In this document: positions 50,552 through 62,700 of the stretch, piece after piece | Layout: every line of letters begins with the position of its first letter | Numbering within the stretch: the stretch's first letter is position 1 | NCBI GenBank assembly: GCA_035221665.1 | Contig: CM069169.1 | Location: 18,104,001-18,168,000, forward strand | Length of the DNA: 64,000 nt | Origin: Okamejei kenojei | Lineage: Eukaryota | Reading direction: 5' to 3' | Notes under the pieces: generated by a model | Told to the model about the DNA's origin: nothing | The model's input: the letters and a program-made list of their open reading frames with translations, nothing else | Databases searched by the model: none | Made by a program: the position numbers and the translations under genes

Positions 50552-51266
50552 GTGGGTTAGAGTTGCTGCCTTTGCTCACTGTTAGAATGTGCCTGCTTCA
50601 AAGTCATCCTGTCAATGGAGAGATCTTCTCTATAATTATGTCAGCTCTGCTGTACGTGCAGATGCAATGAAGAACTAAGGCTTCTGTGGCTGACCCAAAA
50701 TAATATGTATAGATCAGATATGAAAACAGGAAATACTGGAGTTAGTCAGCAGGTCAGGCATCACTTGTGGGGAGAGAAATGTGGATTTGGGTTGGTGACT
50801 TTTTAGTTAGGAAAACAAGCCTCATTTAGTAAGTTTAAAAAACATAGCTGTAGCTTTGTAGGCTGGGTGATCGAAAGAGAAAACAATGAGTGAAAATGTA
50901 CATGAAATGTGATTGGGAAATGTATTGGGCACTCCTTATTTTTCAGTAGAAAAAAAAATATTGGGGAGATTATCGGCTAGCTGGGAAGTTGCGGGCATGA
51001 ACTACGCACAATCACCATCAAAGCTCTGATGGGAAATCACTTTCTTGTATGAGGGTGCAGGGGAAAGAAGGATTGCTGTGTACTCTAAATAACGGGCACA
51101 ATGCGCGTTTCAGATTGCTTCAATTGGAAAGCACTGGAATTAGAAGGTAGATCTCTCTCAGTGACTCAATCATTTTCTAAGTTTACCTCTGTTTGTGAAA
51201 TGAGCACAATTCAGGTCACTGTTTTTAATCAGGATGTACTATTAACATTCTCTGCTGTTCTTCTAG

Positions 51267-51338
51267 TGGTTGAAGAAATGGATTAAGAAGTGTGATGATG
51301 ACAGTGAAACTTCCAATTGGATTGCCGCAAATACCAAG
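51267..51338 (+). CDS. ARIH1: ARIH1 coding exon 9
   Basis: ttcttctag|[24 protein letters not shown]|gtagag; 72 nt. Confidence 0.96.
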
Positions 51339-51999
51339 GTAGAGCAGAGACATTTGGAGAGTAGTCTTCTTGTTTGCCCCCTTGACAATAGGATGAAAGT
51401 CTTCAGTTTATTTAAACAGTTCCAATTAAAGGTTTACACTGACGGTAGACAAAATGCTAGAGTAACTCAGCGGATTAGGCGGCATTTCTGGAGAAAGGGA
51501 ATGGGTGACGTTTTGGGTTGAGACCCTTCATCAGACTGATTATCTATGCCATGCTGTCAGTGTGCCTATGGTGCTGTGTCCTCCATACCAGTTGCTGGTT
51601 AAGATTCTGTCTCGTGTAGTATGCTGTCATACTCATCTCCCCACTCAGGCCTGTGGTGGAAACAGCGTAACTGCAGTCTGTTCCAAAGCTTGCCAAATAC
51701 TTGAGCGTTAGTGATGTAAAGTATGCACGTCATTCCCACCACTCCCAGTCTGTCTGCTAATGTAATATGGGCTACAAAAATCTCTTAAAGTAAAATATTA
51801 CCTGGAACATATCTAGTGTTGAATGGCTGTTCACTATCATTAACCCTAGGGTTGATTTCTAGATACGGTTTGCAAATTCATTGGGTCTTGTGATTGCTGG
51901 TATAGGCAACACAATATTGGATCTTGAGTGTGAGCTCCTGTTGTTTCTCTGTAGTTGAATTGTTACTGTTTGCTAACGGTGCCTCTAACGTTCCGACAG

Positions 52000-52130
52000 G
52001 AATGCCCAAAATGTCACGTGACCATTGAAAAGGACGGAGGATGTAATCACATGGTTTGTCGCAACCAGAATTGTAAAGCAGAATTCTGTTGGGTCTGCCT
52101 TGGTCCCTGGGAGCCGCATGGATCTGCCTG
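52000..52130 (+). CDS. ARIH1: ARIH1 coding exon 10 (RING2/Rcat; catalytic Cys codon TGT at 52042-52044 = C329, equivalent to human C357)
   Basis: ccgacag|[44 protein letters not shown]|gtcagt; 131 nt. Confidence 0.98.
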
Positions 52131-52530
52131 GTCAGTATTTTGCTTTGGTTTTGCATGGAACATTTCAGGATTAACCAACATTTTAATTGTTTGAACATTG
52201 GATTGGATACTGCTGTATATCTGCCCCAAGTTTAAATCAAACAGGATGCTTGATTAAAAGCTTCAGAAATGCTGTTGGTTTTTGACATCTGAGCAAAGTT
52301 TCAGGGCAAACTTGCTTTCTTTGACTATAAGTGCACAATCTACAGTTGGATAATTAACCTAGTAGACTGTTCTTAAAGTAGATAAGGGAAAACGGTGTCC
52401 GGTAAGCCCTGATCAATCCAAACAAGGTGATTTTAACTGTCTTAGAAAGTAAAGAAATATCATTTTGTTTGTTCTGTGTATTCTGCGTAAAGTCTGAAAT
52501 GAAATTAAGTCAGGCCCTCTCTACTTTTAG

Positions 52531-52588
52531 GTATAATTGCAATCGTTATAATGAAGATGATGCAAAGGCGGCAAGGGATGCCCAGGAG
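52531..52588 (+). CDS. ARIH1: ARIH1 coding exon 11
   Basis: cttttag|YNCNRYNEDDAKAARDAQE|gtaaaa; 58 nt. Confidence 0.96.
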
Positions 52589-53103
52589 GTAAAAGGAGCA
52601 CGGATGTGGGCAAGTCCACAAACCCCTAAACTCTGCAGTTGTGGGGAAATATTTCTTATTGAAGCATTAAATCTCCTGCACCTGCCCAGGGTAGTCACGT
52701 CCCTCTTGCAGTGTGGCAGCCACAATTGTACATACTGATCCATCTGTGCAAGTTTGTTCAACCAGTCTTTTATAAAGTTGTATTATAGCCTCCCTGCTCT
52801 TCCGTGCCCCAGCTGATGAAGGCAAGCATCCCTTACATCGGTGTTACAACCTTTAAAGACCCTTGGAATAGTATACTCACGACCTTCGTGTCTCCATACT
52901 CTCGGGTTCCGCCCTTCATTGTGTTTGCCCTTGCCATACATCCCCTCACATTTATCATGATTAAATTCTATCAGCCATTGGTTTGTCCATCGTAACAAAA
53001 CTAATCAATGTCATCCTGTATTCTACGGCTATCCTCCTCTCGAGCAACAACACCAACGTTTGTGTCACCTGCGAACTTCTACATTCATATAAAAATATGA
53101 ATA

Positions 53104-53879
53104 CGGTAAACCCCTGCTATAACAGACCACACGGCAGGAGACGATGTCTTGCTGATTGTCCACTATAACCGAATAAGGGGGTTAATTTGTACAGTACTAT
53201 TGGAAAAACACCCAATAAACATACACCACGCAGTAAAGGACACAAATACCCTGGGAAAGCATTGCGGTACAGTTGCTGCCTCACAGCACCAGAGACCCGA
53301 GTTCCATCCTGACCTCGGGTGCTCCCTGTGGCAACGTGGGTTTCTTCCTGGGTGCTCCAGTGCACTGGCTCCATCCTACACTGAGTTGTCCCTAGTGTGT
53401 GGGGTGGAGCTGATGTGCCCGGAATGGTGGGGGGGGGGGTCGGGCTGGGTCACTGGCGCAATGCGGTGGCGACTGCCGGTGGTTTGGGCAGCTCGCTGAG
53501 GCCAGTTAGGCGACAGGCCTGCGTGTCGTTGCTGTGGGGGTGGGGTGGGGTGCCCAGGGGAAACCCACGCTGTCACAATGTCTCTGCCGTTGCAATGCGG
53601 GGGGAATGATAGAACCATTGCAGTAGTTTTATCCTACACACTGCACACTGTCCCTAGTGTGTAGGATAGAACTAGTGTGCAGGTGATTGCTGGTCGCCGC
53701 TGACTCCATGTTTCTATGCTGTATCTCTAAACTAAGCTAAACAAAAATGGTTCAAAAACACCATTTGCTCCATCTACCTAGTGGTTATTCCGTGAAACAA
53801 TGAACTTGGACTACAACAGATTCAGTCCGCTAAAACCAAAATCCGTTATAAAGTGGTCAGTTAAAATGAGGGTTTCCTG
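53104..53879. mobile_element. pogo/Tigger-type MITE with nested V-SINE
   Basis: TA|CGGTAAACCCCTGCTATAACAGACCAC ... GTGGTCAGTTAAAATGAGGGTTTCCTG|TG, imperfect TIRs; V-SINE pieces from about 53255. Confidence 0.55.
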
Positions 53880-54577
53880 TGCTTAGAAATACCTTTGATG
53901 TACTTCACAGCAGCAAGGGTACCGGCATTGACTGCTGTGGTGCATCACTGGTTACAGGTTCCCAGTCACAAAAACACCCCTTAGTCATCACCCTCTACCT
54001 CCTATTAACAACCCAATTATCATTCCAATTTGATGTACAAGTAAATACCTGCCACAGATACCATTCGCCCTGCATTAGAGAACGCTATTGGGGAAAGAAC
54101 GTTGGACAAGCCATTGTGTGTGCCCACAGCTCTGCGAGTATGCCAAGACGTGTCTACAGCCACCTACCTGATGGATAAACATGCAACATTTCATCCAAAT
54201 GCAACTTTTGGCGTCACCACTTGGTTTGGATTATAATTCTTGAGTTGTGGGTATTGCTGGTAATTGTTGCTCATCAGCGTCTATCAAGGCCATTGCAGTT
54301 GTTTACGCACATGAACCTGGAAGGATGTGTTTCGAGGAATGCACAAACTTAAATATTGATGTAACACTGAGTGTATATTTGTGTAAATAGACGTCCGTCA
54401 TTAAATACTAAATTCATTTCAAGATTATTTTGTCGGGAGCTTAAAATCTATTGACATCACAAGTTTCAAATGTCATCCTTGTAACAGCAGAGCTTTGAAA
54501 TAGTTTTTGTAGTAATCATGATGTAAGGACATGTTGCAAGAGGTAAAGGGTTTACTGCTCTTCATTCACAATATACA

Positions 54578-54780
54578 ATAGAAAACAGACAATGCTGAAA
54601 GTACTCAGCAGGTCAGGCTGCATTGATGGAAAGAGAAGCGGCCAATGTTTCAGGTTTAAGACCCTTCATCAGAACTGAAACGTTAACTGTTTCTCTTCCC
54701 ATAGATGTGACCTGACCGCTGAGTATTTACAGCATTTTCTGTTTTTATTTCAGGTTTCCCAGCATCTCCAGCGTTTTGAT
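54578..54780. repeat. Old fold-back repeat built from Penelope-type terminal sequence (similar one at about 34020-34195)
   Basis: AATGCTGAAAGTACTCAGCAGGTCA ... TGACCGCTGAGTATTTACAGCATT inverted arms around GACCCTTCATCAG (CTGATGAAGGGTC on the - strand). Confidence 0.7.
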
Positions 54781-55072
54781 ATCGATTACCATTCTTCATA
54801 TTCCAACTAAGTGAGAGTAAAGCTGCTGACACATTGTGGATGGTATCTTATGAATAGCATTTGCTTATCGCCTTGCTCTAATTTCTGTTGAAATACTTAA
54901 GATCATTGCTCTTAATTGGAAATTACCTATGCGAAGTAGTAAGATATGGACGGTGCAGAAGTATAAGTTGGTTTACTTGGCTGAAAGGATGTGATGATAG
55001 AAAAATAATGGCAAATGAAATGTATAACCGTTCCCAGCAGCTGAGCTTCTCTGCTGTATGTTTCATTGACAG

Positions 55073-55333
55073 CGTTCACGAGCGGCACTCCAGCGATACC
55101 TCTTCTATTGCAACCGCTATATGAACCACATGCAAAGTCTGCGATTTGAGCACAAGCTCTACGCTCAAGTCAAGCAGAAGATGGAAGAGATGCAACAACA
55201 CAACATGTCTTGGATTGAGGTGCAATTCCTGAAGAAAGCTGTGGATGTCCTCTGCCAGTGCCGCGCCACACTAATGTACACATACGTCTTTGCTTTCTAC
55301 CTCAGAAAGAACAACCAGTCCATTATCTTTGAG
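55073..55333 (+). CDS. ARIH1: ARIH1 coding exon 12 (Ariadne domain)
   Basis: ttgacag|[34 protein letters not shown]...NNQSIIFE|gtatgc; 261 nt. Confidence 0.98.
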
Positions 55334-56959
55334 GTATGCCCCTTTCCACAGAAAGGTTCAAATCACTTTGTCTGAGCCTTCTAACAAACCTGGGAATGAT
55401 TGATACAAGTAAATGTTTTGATGCAATTAAACATTTTCAGGGACAGCTTGGCTAATTTGAAATTCAAGTTGAATGTGAACACTGGTTCTGTCGATAGATG
55501 AGTGGCAATAGGAGCTACTGGAAAATATGCACCAGATTCAACATAAGTTAGTTCTTCCATTCATTCAAAGATCATGCTATACCAACAAGACCCATTGAGA
55601 TTAAAGAGCATTTATAAATACCTTCTATTACAGTATTACAAAACCATTCCTACAACCCTTCTCCCCCTGATTTTCTGGTGCAGAAATTGCATTGCTCTCT
55701 CCTTTTTAGGTCACAACATTTATTTTTCAGAGTTACCCCATTGACCCAGATATCCATTGATCATTTTACTCGGGTCCTTTGAGCAAATCTTGTGATCACA
55801 ACCATGGCAGGTCTATCTTGAATATTTTCAGTACATGTAGTTCTAATATGATCAAGCTTTCCATCTTGCAAATTGGATATAATCAACAATGGGTGAATTG
55901 GGAAAACCATTTTTTTTTTTGCACAGGCTGAATGGGTTGTAACATGATTTTGATCAGGAACCAAAGTGCCACTAGAGTTACATTGGAAATAGACAAGCAG
56001 AAAAAATATGTATTTGGTGAAAAGAACGTCTAGTGGAAAATCAACTGTTTCTATGTAACCACCCTGCAGTAATCAGACTTCCTTGTCTCTTAACGATACT
56101 TGCAGGTGTCCATTCAAATTGACAAGCATTTGCTTCCATTGACACTTGTGTGAAGATATTCTATTAAACAATGTTATATACAGCCTTTAGTATTTTTAGT
56201 TTGCAGTAACACAAATAAACTCAGAACTATTAAAAATACCTTTAGTTTATAAAATCCTGTGGGGAAAATTATCTTTGTTATTGCACGTCTGAAACACTCT
56301 TCCTCCTAACCCTATTTCTCGTCAGCACAATTCTTGTTATAACACTATTTTCGATAATTCAAGGTTTCTTAGGATCACAATTATTCTTTTGTAGCAGAGC
56401 TATCTGTAGATGTATGAGATTTTGTATTCTGATCTTGATGCTATAATCTTGACAGGCATTTAAGCAAAGCATTCATCTGGTTTGTGGGACCACCGGACTT
56501 GGTTCCAAACGGCAGGATACTATTTGGCCCATTGACTATGGATTGGCCCTACTCGTAGCCAATCCATTTTGTCTTAATCCACACATACTCTACACGTAGA
56601 CCACAAATCCTTTTCCTTCAGATAATTATCCAGCTCTGTGTAGATGCTTCAGTTGAATGTGCCTCAACTGCTACCCCCTGCAGTGCAGTCCAAACCCCAA
56701 CTATTGGTTACCTAAAATATGTTCCTCCTCAGGTCACTCTACCAATCGACTTCCTTCTCCATCATTGCTTTTAGATCCTTCTGCCTATAATAACAGGTTC
56801 TCTCTATATATTTTGTAAAACAATTGGACTAAATGGGCACCCCTGTGTGGCAACCATTCTATGATTCTTCAGGGCATACCTGTCCCACCACTGTCCTCAA
56901 ACTGGGTGGCCCTGATTGTTTTCTAGCAGATTCTCTTGCCATCTTGGTTCCATGGAGGT

Positions 56960-57830
56960 CATAAGACATAGTAGAATTGGGCCATTTGGCACATTGCATC
57001 TACTCTGTCATTCAATCATGGTTGACCTATTGTTTTCCCCTCAATCCCATTCTGCCTTCTCCTTATAACCATTCACCCTCTTACTAATCAAGAACCTGTT
57101 AATCCCCCTTTTAAAAATTATGCAATAAATTGGCCTCGACAGCCACCCGTGGTAATGAATTCCACAGATTCACAACCCTCTGGCTAAAGAAATCCCACCA
57201 TCCCCATTCCAAAGATATGCCCTTTATTCCGAAGCTGTGCTGTCTGGGTCCCAGACTATTCCAGTAATGAAAACATCCTCTTCACATCCACTCTATCCAG
57301 GCCTTTCATTATTCGGTAGGTTTCAATGAGATCCCCTCCCTCCCCCATCCTTTTAAACTCCAGCAAGTATGGCCCAGAGCCATCAAACGCTCATAATACG
57401 TTAACCCATTCATCCGCAGGAGCATTCTGAATGCTCTTTAACTCCAGCATATCCTTCCTTGGATATAGAGCCAAAAACTGCTCACAATATTACAAATGTA
57501 GTTTGACCAGTGCCTTAAAGCATCAGTATTACATCCTTGATTTTTTTTATATTATAGTCCTCAAAATGAAATCTACCATTGCTTTTGTCTTCCTTACTAT
57601 CGATTCAACTTGCAAATTAACCTTTTGCGAATCCTGCACCACCACTACCCAGTCCCTTTTGCACCTCCAATATCTGAATCCTCTCCCCATTTAGAAAATC
57701 GTCTACATCTTTATTCTTTCTACCAACGCAATACTGTATTTAATTTACCACTTCTTTGCCCCTTCTCCCAACCTGTCCAAGTCCTCTGCAGACTCCATGT
57801 TTCCTCAACACTACCTGCCCTGCCACCTAT
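56960..57830 (-). mobile_element. CR1 LINE 3' fragment; a short younger CR1 tail follows at about 58020-58190
   Basis: Reverse complement of CR1 3' motifs (GAATTCCACAGATTCACAACCCTCTGG, CAAAACTGCTCACAATA). Confidence 0.8.
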
Positions 57831-59822
57831 CAGCCGCAGCTTCTCCAGTCTCTCCAAATAATGAAGGTCTTCTCTGGAATTATTTCAGTAAACCTCTTGT
57901 ATGCTTCCTAAAACATTAAAATGATTCCTAAATTGAAGGCAATTCTCTTGTTCTGGTTGAACCATTGTGTTCAACATGTTGACTGTGACTTCCTTGTTAT
58001 TGTATCTGTGCCTCTATTTAGACAATAGGTGCAGGAGGAGGCCATTGGGCCCTTCGAGCCAGCACCGCCATTCAATGTGATCATGGCTGATCATCCATAA
58101 TCAGTACCCCGTTCCTGCCGTCTCCCCATATCCCCCGACTCTGCTATCTTTAAGATCTCTATCTAACTCTCTTGAAAGCAAGCAGAGAACCGGCCTAGCT
58201 TCCAGAGAACCTAAAGTCTAGCTTCTATTTTTGGCCTGTCCCCATCAACAAACCGTGGAATATTGTATGTCATTCCATGGCAACCACTGTGGTTTTTGGC
58301 ATTGATAGGTATGAGCGCTGTCTGTAAATGCGAATGAGGAAAAATCATCTGACAACCAGCTTGTGGGTGACCTTGTAATGCACTGAGTTGCAGTTATGAG
58401 GAGAACTGATTTAAATTTAAGTAGGTCTTGTGTTCATGAATGTTATCCAAAGGCGCTGTTAAATCCTTGCCCAGATATAATTGGGATATTTTCCATCATT
58501 GATATCCCTTTAGAATTAAAATTGCTTCCTCCACAATGTCCCAGCTCCACGAACAATGTTTAGAAAGATCACTGTCCAATACTAGCATACTATAGCTGTC
58601 AGAGTTGGGTGAGAATGTCACATATCCCCACTTTGCATGATCTAGCAAGTGGAGAGAGAGATCAAGTTAAAGATTCAGACTGTTCATCTTTCTTCAACCT
58701 GATGTGTTAACGATATCTCACTCCATTGCTGCTGCCTGATCTACAGTATATTCAGAGCATCTGGAGTACTTTGCTTTTGTTCCATTGCACATACAGTCTG
58801 TCACTCCTTGAGGTGACCAATACGAAGATGAAATGCTCATCTCTGATGTTGTCAGATTCTGAAATTAAATGCTGTAAACCTGGAACTTGTGTAGATTGCT
58901 ATATGTTCTTATCTCATTACCAAAGAATGGAAGAAACAGCGTAATCTTATCGCCTGAACTTTCATCTTTGAGCTGATTAACGTGTCTCTATTCATAGCCC
59001 CTCCATCCTGTGACCCACACAATACAATTAAAAGTTACTTTGCATTGGATGCAACCAAATGAGCAAAAAGCAAAATGCTGGAGGAACTTGGTGGGTCAAG
59101 TATCATCGGTGGAAGAAAATGGACAGCTAACATTTTTTTGTTCAGACTGGTGGAATAGAGGGGAGGTAGCTGGTAGAAAGAGGTGAGGGGAAGGGGTGTG
59201 GATTGAGCTGGCAAGTGATAGGTGGATCGTGGTATGGTAGGGAGAGAAGAATGGAGAAAGTAACCAAGAGGTGTCTGCAAATGTACAACCTTGCAGTTTA
59301 ATCAGCAAAAATGTGGACCATGTCATGGGCCACCAAATTATCTAGCGGTTCAATGGTACATGTACACAGTGGTACTTGTACACTAAAACTCTTGGTTTAT
59401 TATTGTGTTGAGTACAGAGATACCATGAAAAGCTTTGTTTGCATGCTATCCAGTTGATTCAAAGTATACGTGGACACAATCTAGCCTTGCACATATAACA
59501 TCTCATGTAGAAAATAATACCTAAGTGCAGAATATCGTGCTGCAGCATTGTAGCGTTGCTGTTACAGGGGAAAAGTGCAAGATCGGAAGGTAGGTTGGAA
59601 GATCAGGACTACACACTTGCTTATGGGAAGACTGTTCAGTCATCTGATAACAGGGGAAGAAGCTATTTCTGAATCTGGTGGTACATGGCAGAAGGATTAA
59701 GAACTTTGTAGTTTGGCAATAGGAGGAAGTTTAATTTGTTATTACAATCACTTGGCAGGATCAGAATACTGACGTAATTGCAGGGATACTTGATCTGCAA
59801 AACATGTGCTTCTCTCCCCCAG

Positions 59823-59935
59823 AACAATCAGGCAGACTTGGAGAATGCAACAGAAGTGCTGTCTGGCTATCTGGAGAGGGACATATCCCAAGATTCCTTG
59901 CAGGACATCAAACAAAAAGTGCAAGACAAGTACAG
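59823..59935 (+). CDS. ARIH1: ARIH1 coding exon 13 (Ariadne domain)
   Basis: tctcccccag|[38 protein letters not shown]|gtgggt; 113 nt. Confidence 0.97.
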
Positions 59936-60588
59936 GTGGGTTGACATCAATGATGGACTCGATGTAGACTTGTTGGGTCAAATGGCCTAATTCTACTCTG
60001 TATTATGGTCTATTGGGTCTAAATCTGAGGTGCAGGGGCATCTGCAAGTGTGTTTACCCTGCCCGAGGTCCTTCAGTAGAGGTCCCTGTCAGTTTGCCAA
60101 GAGGGGAACAATAGTTGCTCACAGTTTCATGATTTTGTCATATGTCGCTGGCAGTTTTACACTAAATCTTTTAATACTGGTTTTTTTTAATTTCAATTAT
60201 TACCATTAGGAAAACTGGGCTGATTAACATAAACTTTTTTTGTTAATGTGGGATATATCTAATACATTTAGTTTGCTTGTTAATAACCTATCATTTGAAA
60301 TTCAGTTTAACAACTTCTGCGCTGTAACTTCATATTCGATGTTGTTTGTGTTAACACAGAACATGGAAAATTACAACACAGCAACAGGCCCTTCACAGTG
60401 AAACTTTAAACACAATAAATGCACTTTTGACAAAGAAGGAAAAAATGTTTTCTAATTTTACTGAATTTTAATTTATCATTAACCTTAAAATGCAAAATAA
60501 AATCCTTAAGCCATTGCAAATAGTGTCTGAAGATTTCAAGGTAGGAAAAAATACTATGTCTTCCTCCAAAATATTAGACTTATGAATA

Positions 60589-61221
60589 CAGTGCATTCAG
60601 AAAGTATTCAGACCCCTTCACTTTTTCCACTTTTTGTTATGTTACAGTCTTATTTTAAAATTGTGTTTTTGCAAAGTAATTAAAAAGAAATGAACAGAAA
60701 TATCACATTTACATAAGTATTCAGACCTTTGCTATGACACTCAAAACTGAACTTGATTGGAGTCCATCAGTGGTAAATTAAATTGATTGGACATGATTTG
60801 GAAAGGCACACACCTGTCTATATAAGATCCCACAGGTGACGGTGCATGTCAGCCTCTGTGGAGATGGAAGAACCCTCCAGAAGGACAATTATCTGCAGCA
60901 CTCCACCTATCAGGCCTTTATAGTAGAGTGGCTAGACGGAAGCCACTCCTCAGTAAAAGAAGACTTGGGGCTGTAATCGCTGCCAAAGGTGCCTCAACAA
61001 AGTACAGAGTAAAGAGTCTGAATACTTATATAAATGTGATATTTCAGGTTTTTTTTCTTAATTACTTTGCAAAAATTTCGAAACACCTGTTTTTGCTTTT
61101 TTTATTATGGGGTTTAATGTGTAGATTGATGATTAAAAAAAAAAAGAATTTAACCCATTAGAATGTAACGTAACAAAATGTGGAAAATATGAAGGGGTCT
61201 GCATACTTTCTGAATGCACTG
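60589..61221 (+). mobile_element. Internally deleted Tc1-like (IR/DR) transposon, 633 bp
   Basis: TA TSDs; TIR CAGTGCATTCAGAAAGTATTCAGACCCCTTCA at both ends (1 mismatch in 32); inner direct repeats AAGTATTCAGAC at about 60715 and 61016; transposase remnants GLYSRVARRKPLLSKR joined to RLGAVIAAKGASTKY. Confidence 0.92.
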
Positions 61222-61710
61222 TATCTAAAACTAGAGTGCATGGGTTTAGAATAAAGTGTAACATTTAGGGAGACTTTTTTCATTGAGGGTGGTTGGAGTT
61301 TGGAGTATGTAGCTTGAGGGGGTTGTTGGAGGCAGAGGCTCTCAACATTAAACAAGGAACATTTGAGTCACCACGGTGTAGAAGTGATGATAAATGGAAT
61401 CATTGAAGATCTGTGGTTGATGATCTGCAGGGGCAGGGGTGGGGCTTGTTTGTGTGCTGTGTCACCGTGACTCTTCAACTTCAACATATCTGAAGTATGG
61501 CAGGAGCCATGTACAATCTAATGTTTAAAGTGTCTTATTGGGCCATTCAAATCTCTGTGTCTCTTCTCAGCATAGCTGAGATTTCTGCAGCTTGACCCAG
61601 ATGCCGCATTGCAGGTCGTGCCTTGCAACCAGTGTAAAGGATATTAATTCCCTGGCAAAATAGCTCCAAGCTTCCCGCCTGACAAGTTGCCTCTCTGTTC
61701 CCTTTCTCAG

Positions 61711-61795
61711 ATACTGTGAGAGCCGGAGGAAGGTGTTACTACAGCACGTGCATGAAGGCTATGAGAAAGACCTCTGGGAGTACATCGAGGACTGA
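61711..61795 (+). CDS. ARIH1: ARIH1 last coding exon 14
   Basis: ctttctcag|[27 protein letters not shown]; 85 nt. The 14 exons sum to 1590 nt = 529 aa + stop, with no frameshift. Confidence 0.97.
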
Positions 61796-62700
61796 GGCTC
61801 GGCTTGCATTGAACTGTCAACCCGTTAGCAACAGAGTGCTGATGCAAATAAAGTGGGCGGCACAGGCCCTTGCAGACACTGCTGGAGTTCTACCCTACTT
61901 TTTGTTAATGGAAAGTTTAAGTAAATTATATTGTAATAAAAAAGTAGATAAAAACCACAAAATGTACAACAGTATTGTAAGTGGATGAAGGGTGTGACAC
62001 ACTACAAACCCTCCAGCTTTGATCTGTAATGTAGCTACATTCTGAGAGCTGAACCATCTTCTGTTTCCTTTCATTTATTCATTTTCTCTGTGTGTAGTAA
62101 TTGAACTGAAACTGTTTTGACCTGGCTCCTCTTTTCCAGCCAGTCATTAATTGTATGTAGGTTCCCTGTTTGTGAATGTTGATTGGCTAATGTAAGGGAG
62201 CACTCTGGGGTTACCTTTGTATATGACTTTTAAAAGGAGGACACAGTATTTTTCAAATTGTACATAGCGCATATGCATGGTTGAGCGAGAGCAAGCGTGG
62301 CACGTGTTTGCATAATGTTTAATTACAAAAAAATATTTATTCTTTAAAAACCTTCAAGAATATGTATATTTGCTGTGCAGTTTCTTTAGGTTTGTTAACC
62401 TTTGACCTCAGCGCTGTTAGTGGAATGTGGATTGAATTTTCTGCTCTTTGTCCTTCCCCTTTTAAAATGAAAAGCAAGTTTTTAACCTTGTGATATTCCA
62501 TAGTACTAGTTGTCGACTCGAGCCGAGTCCTGGTGCTGTTGGGTTTCCCTAATGTTCACCGCTTCCCTCTTTTTCTCATTGCTTTTCTACTCTGCTACAG
62601 CTAATGACAGTCACCTCCAGCTTCGGCAGAAGCCCCCAGTACTTTCTATGTTCACTGTTGCTGTATAAAAATAAAAAAAAACCTGTAAAATTGTACAGAT
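61796..62700 (+). other. ARIH1 3' UTR (proximal part) with candidate poly(A) signals
   Basis: AT-rich, no recognisable repeats; AATAAA at 61847-61852, 61935-61940 and 62670-62675; Pumilio element TGTACATA 62259-62266. The true 3' end cannot be determined and may lie further downstream. Confidence 0.6.

Noticed and set aside
54990-55044. Second C/D-like box pair in intron 11
   Set aside because: Too short and too close to the exon 12 acceptor (overlaps the branch-point zone)
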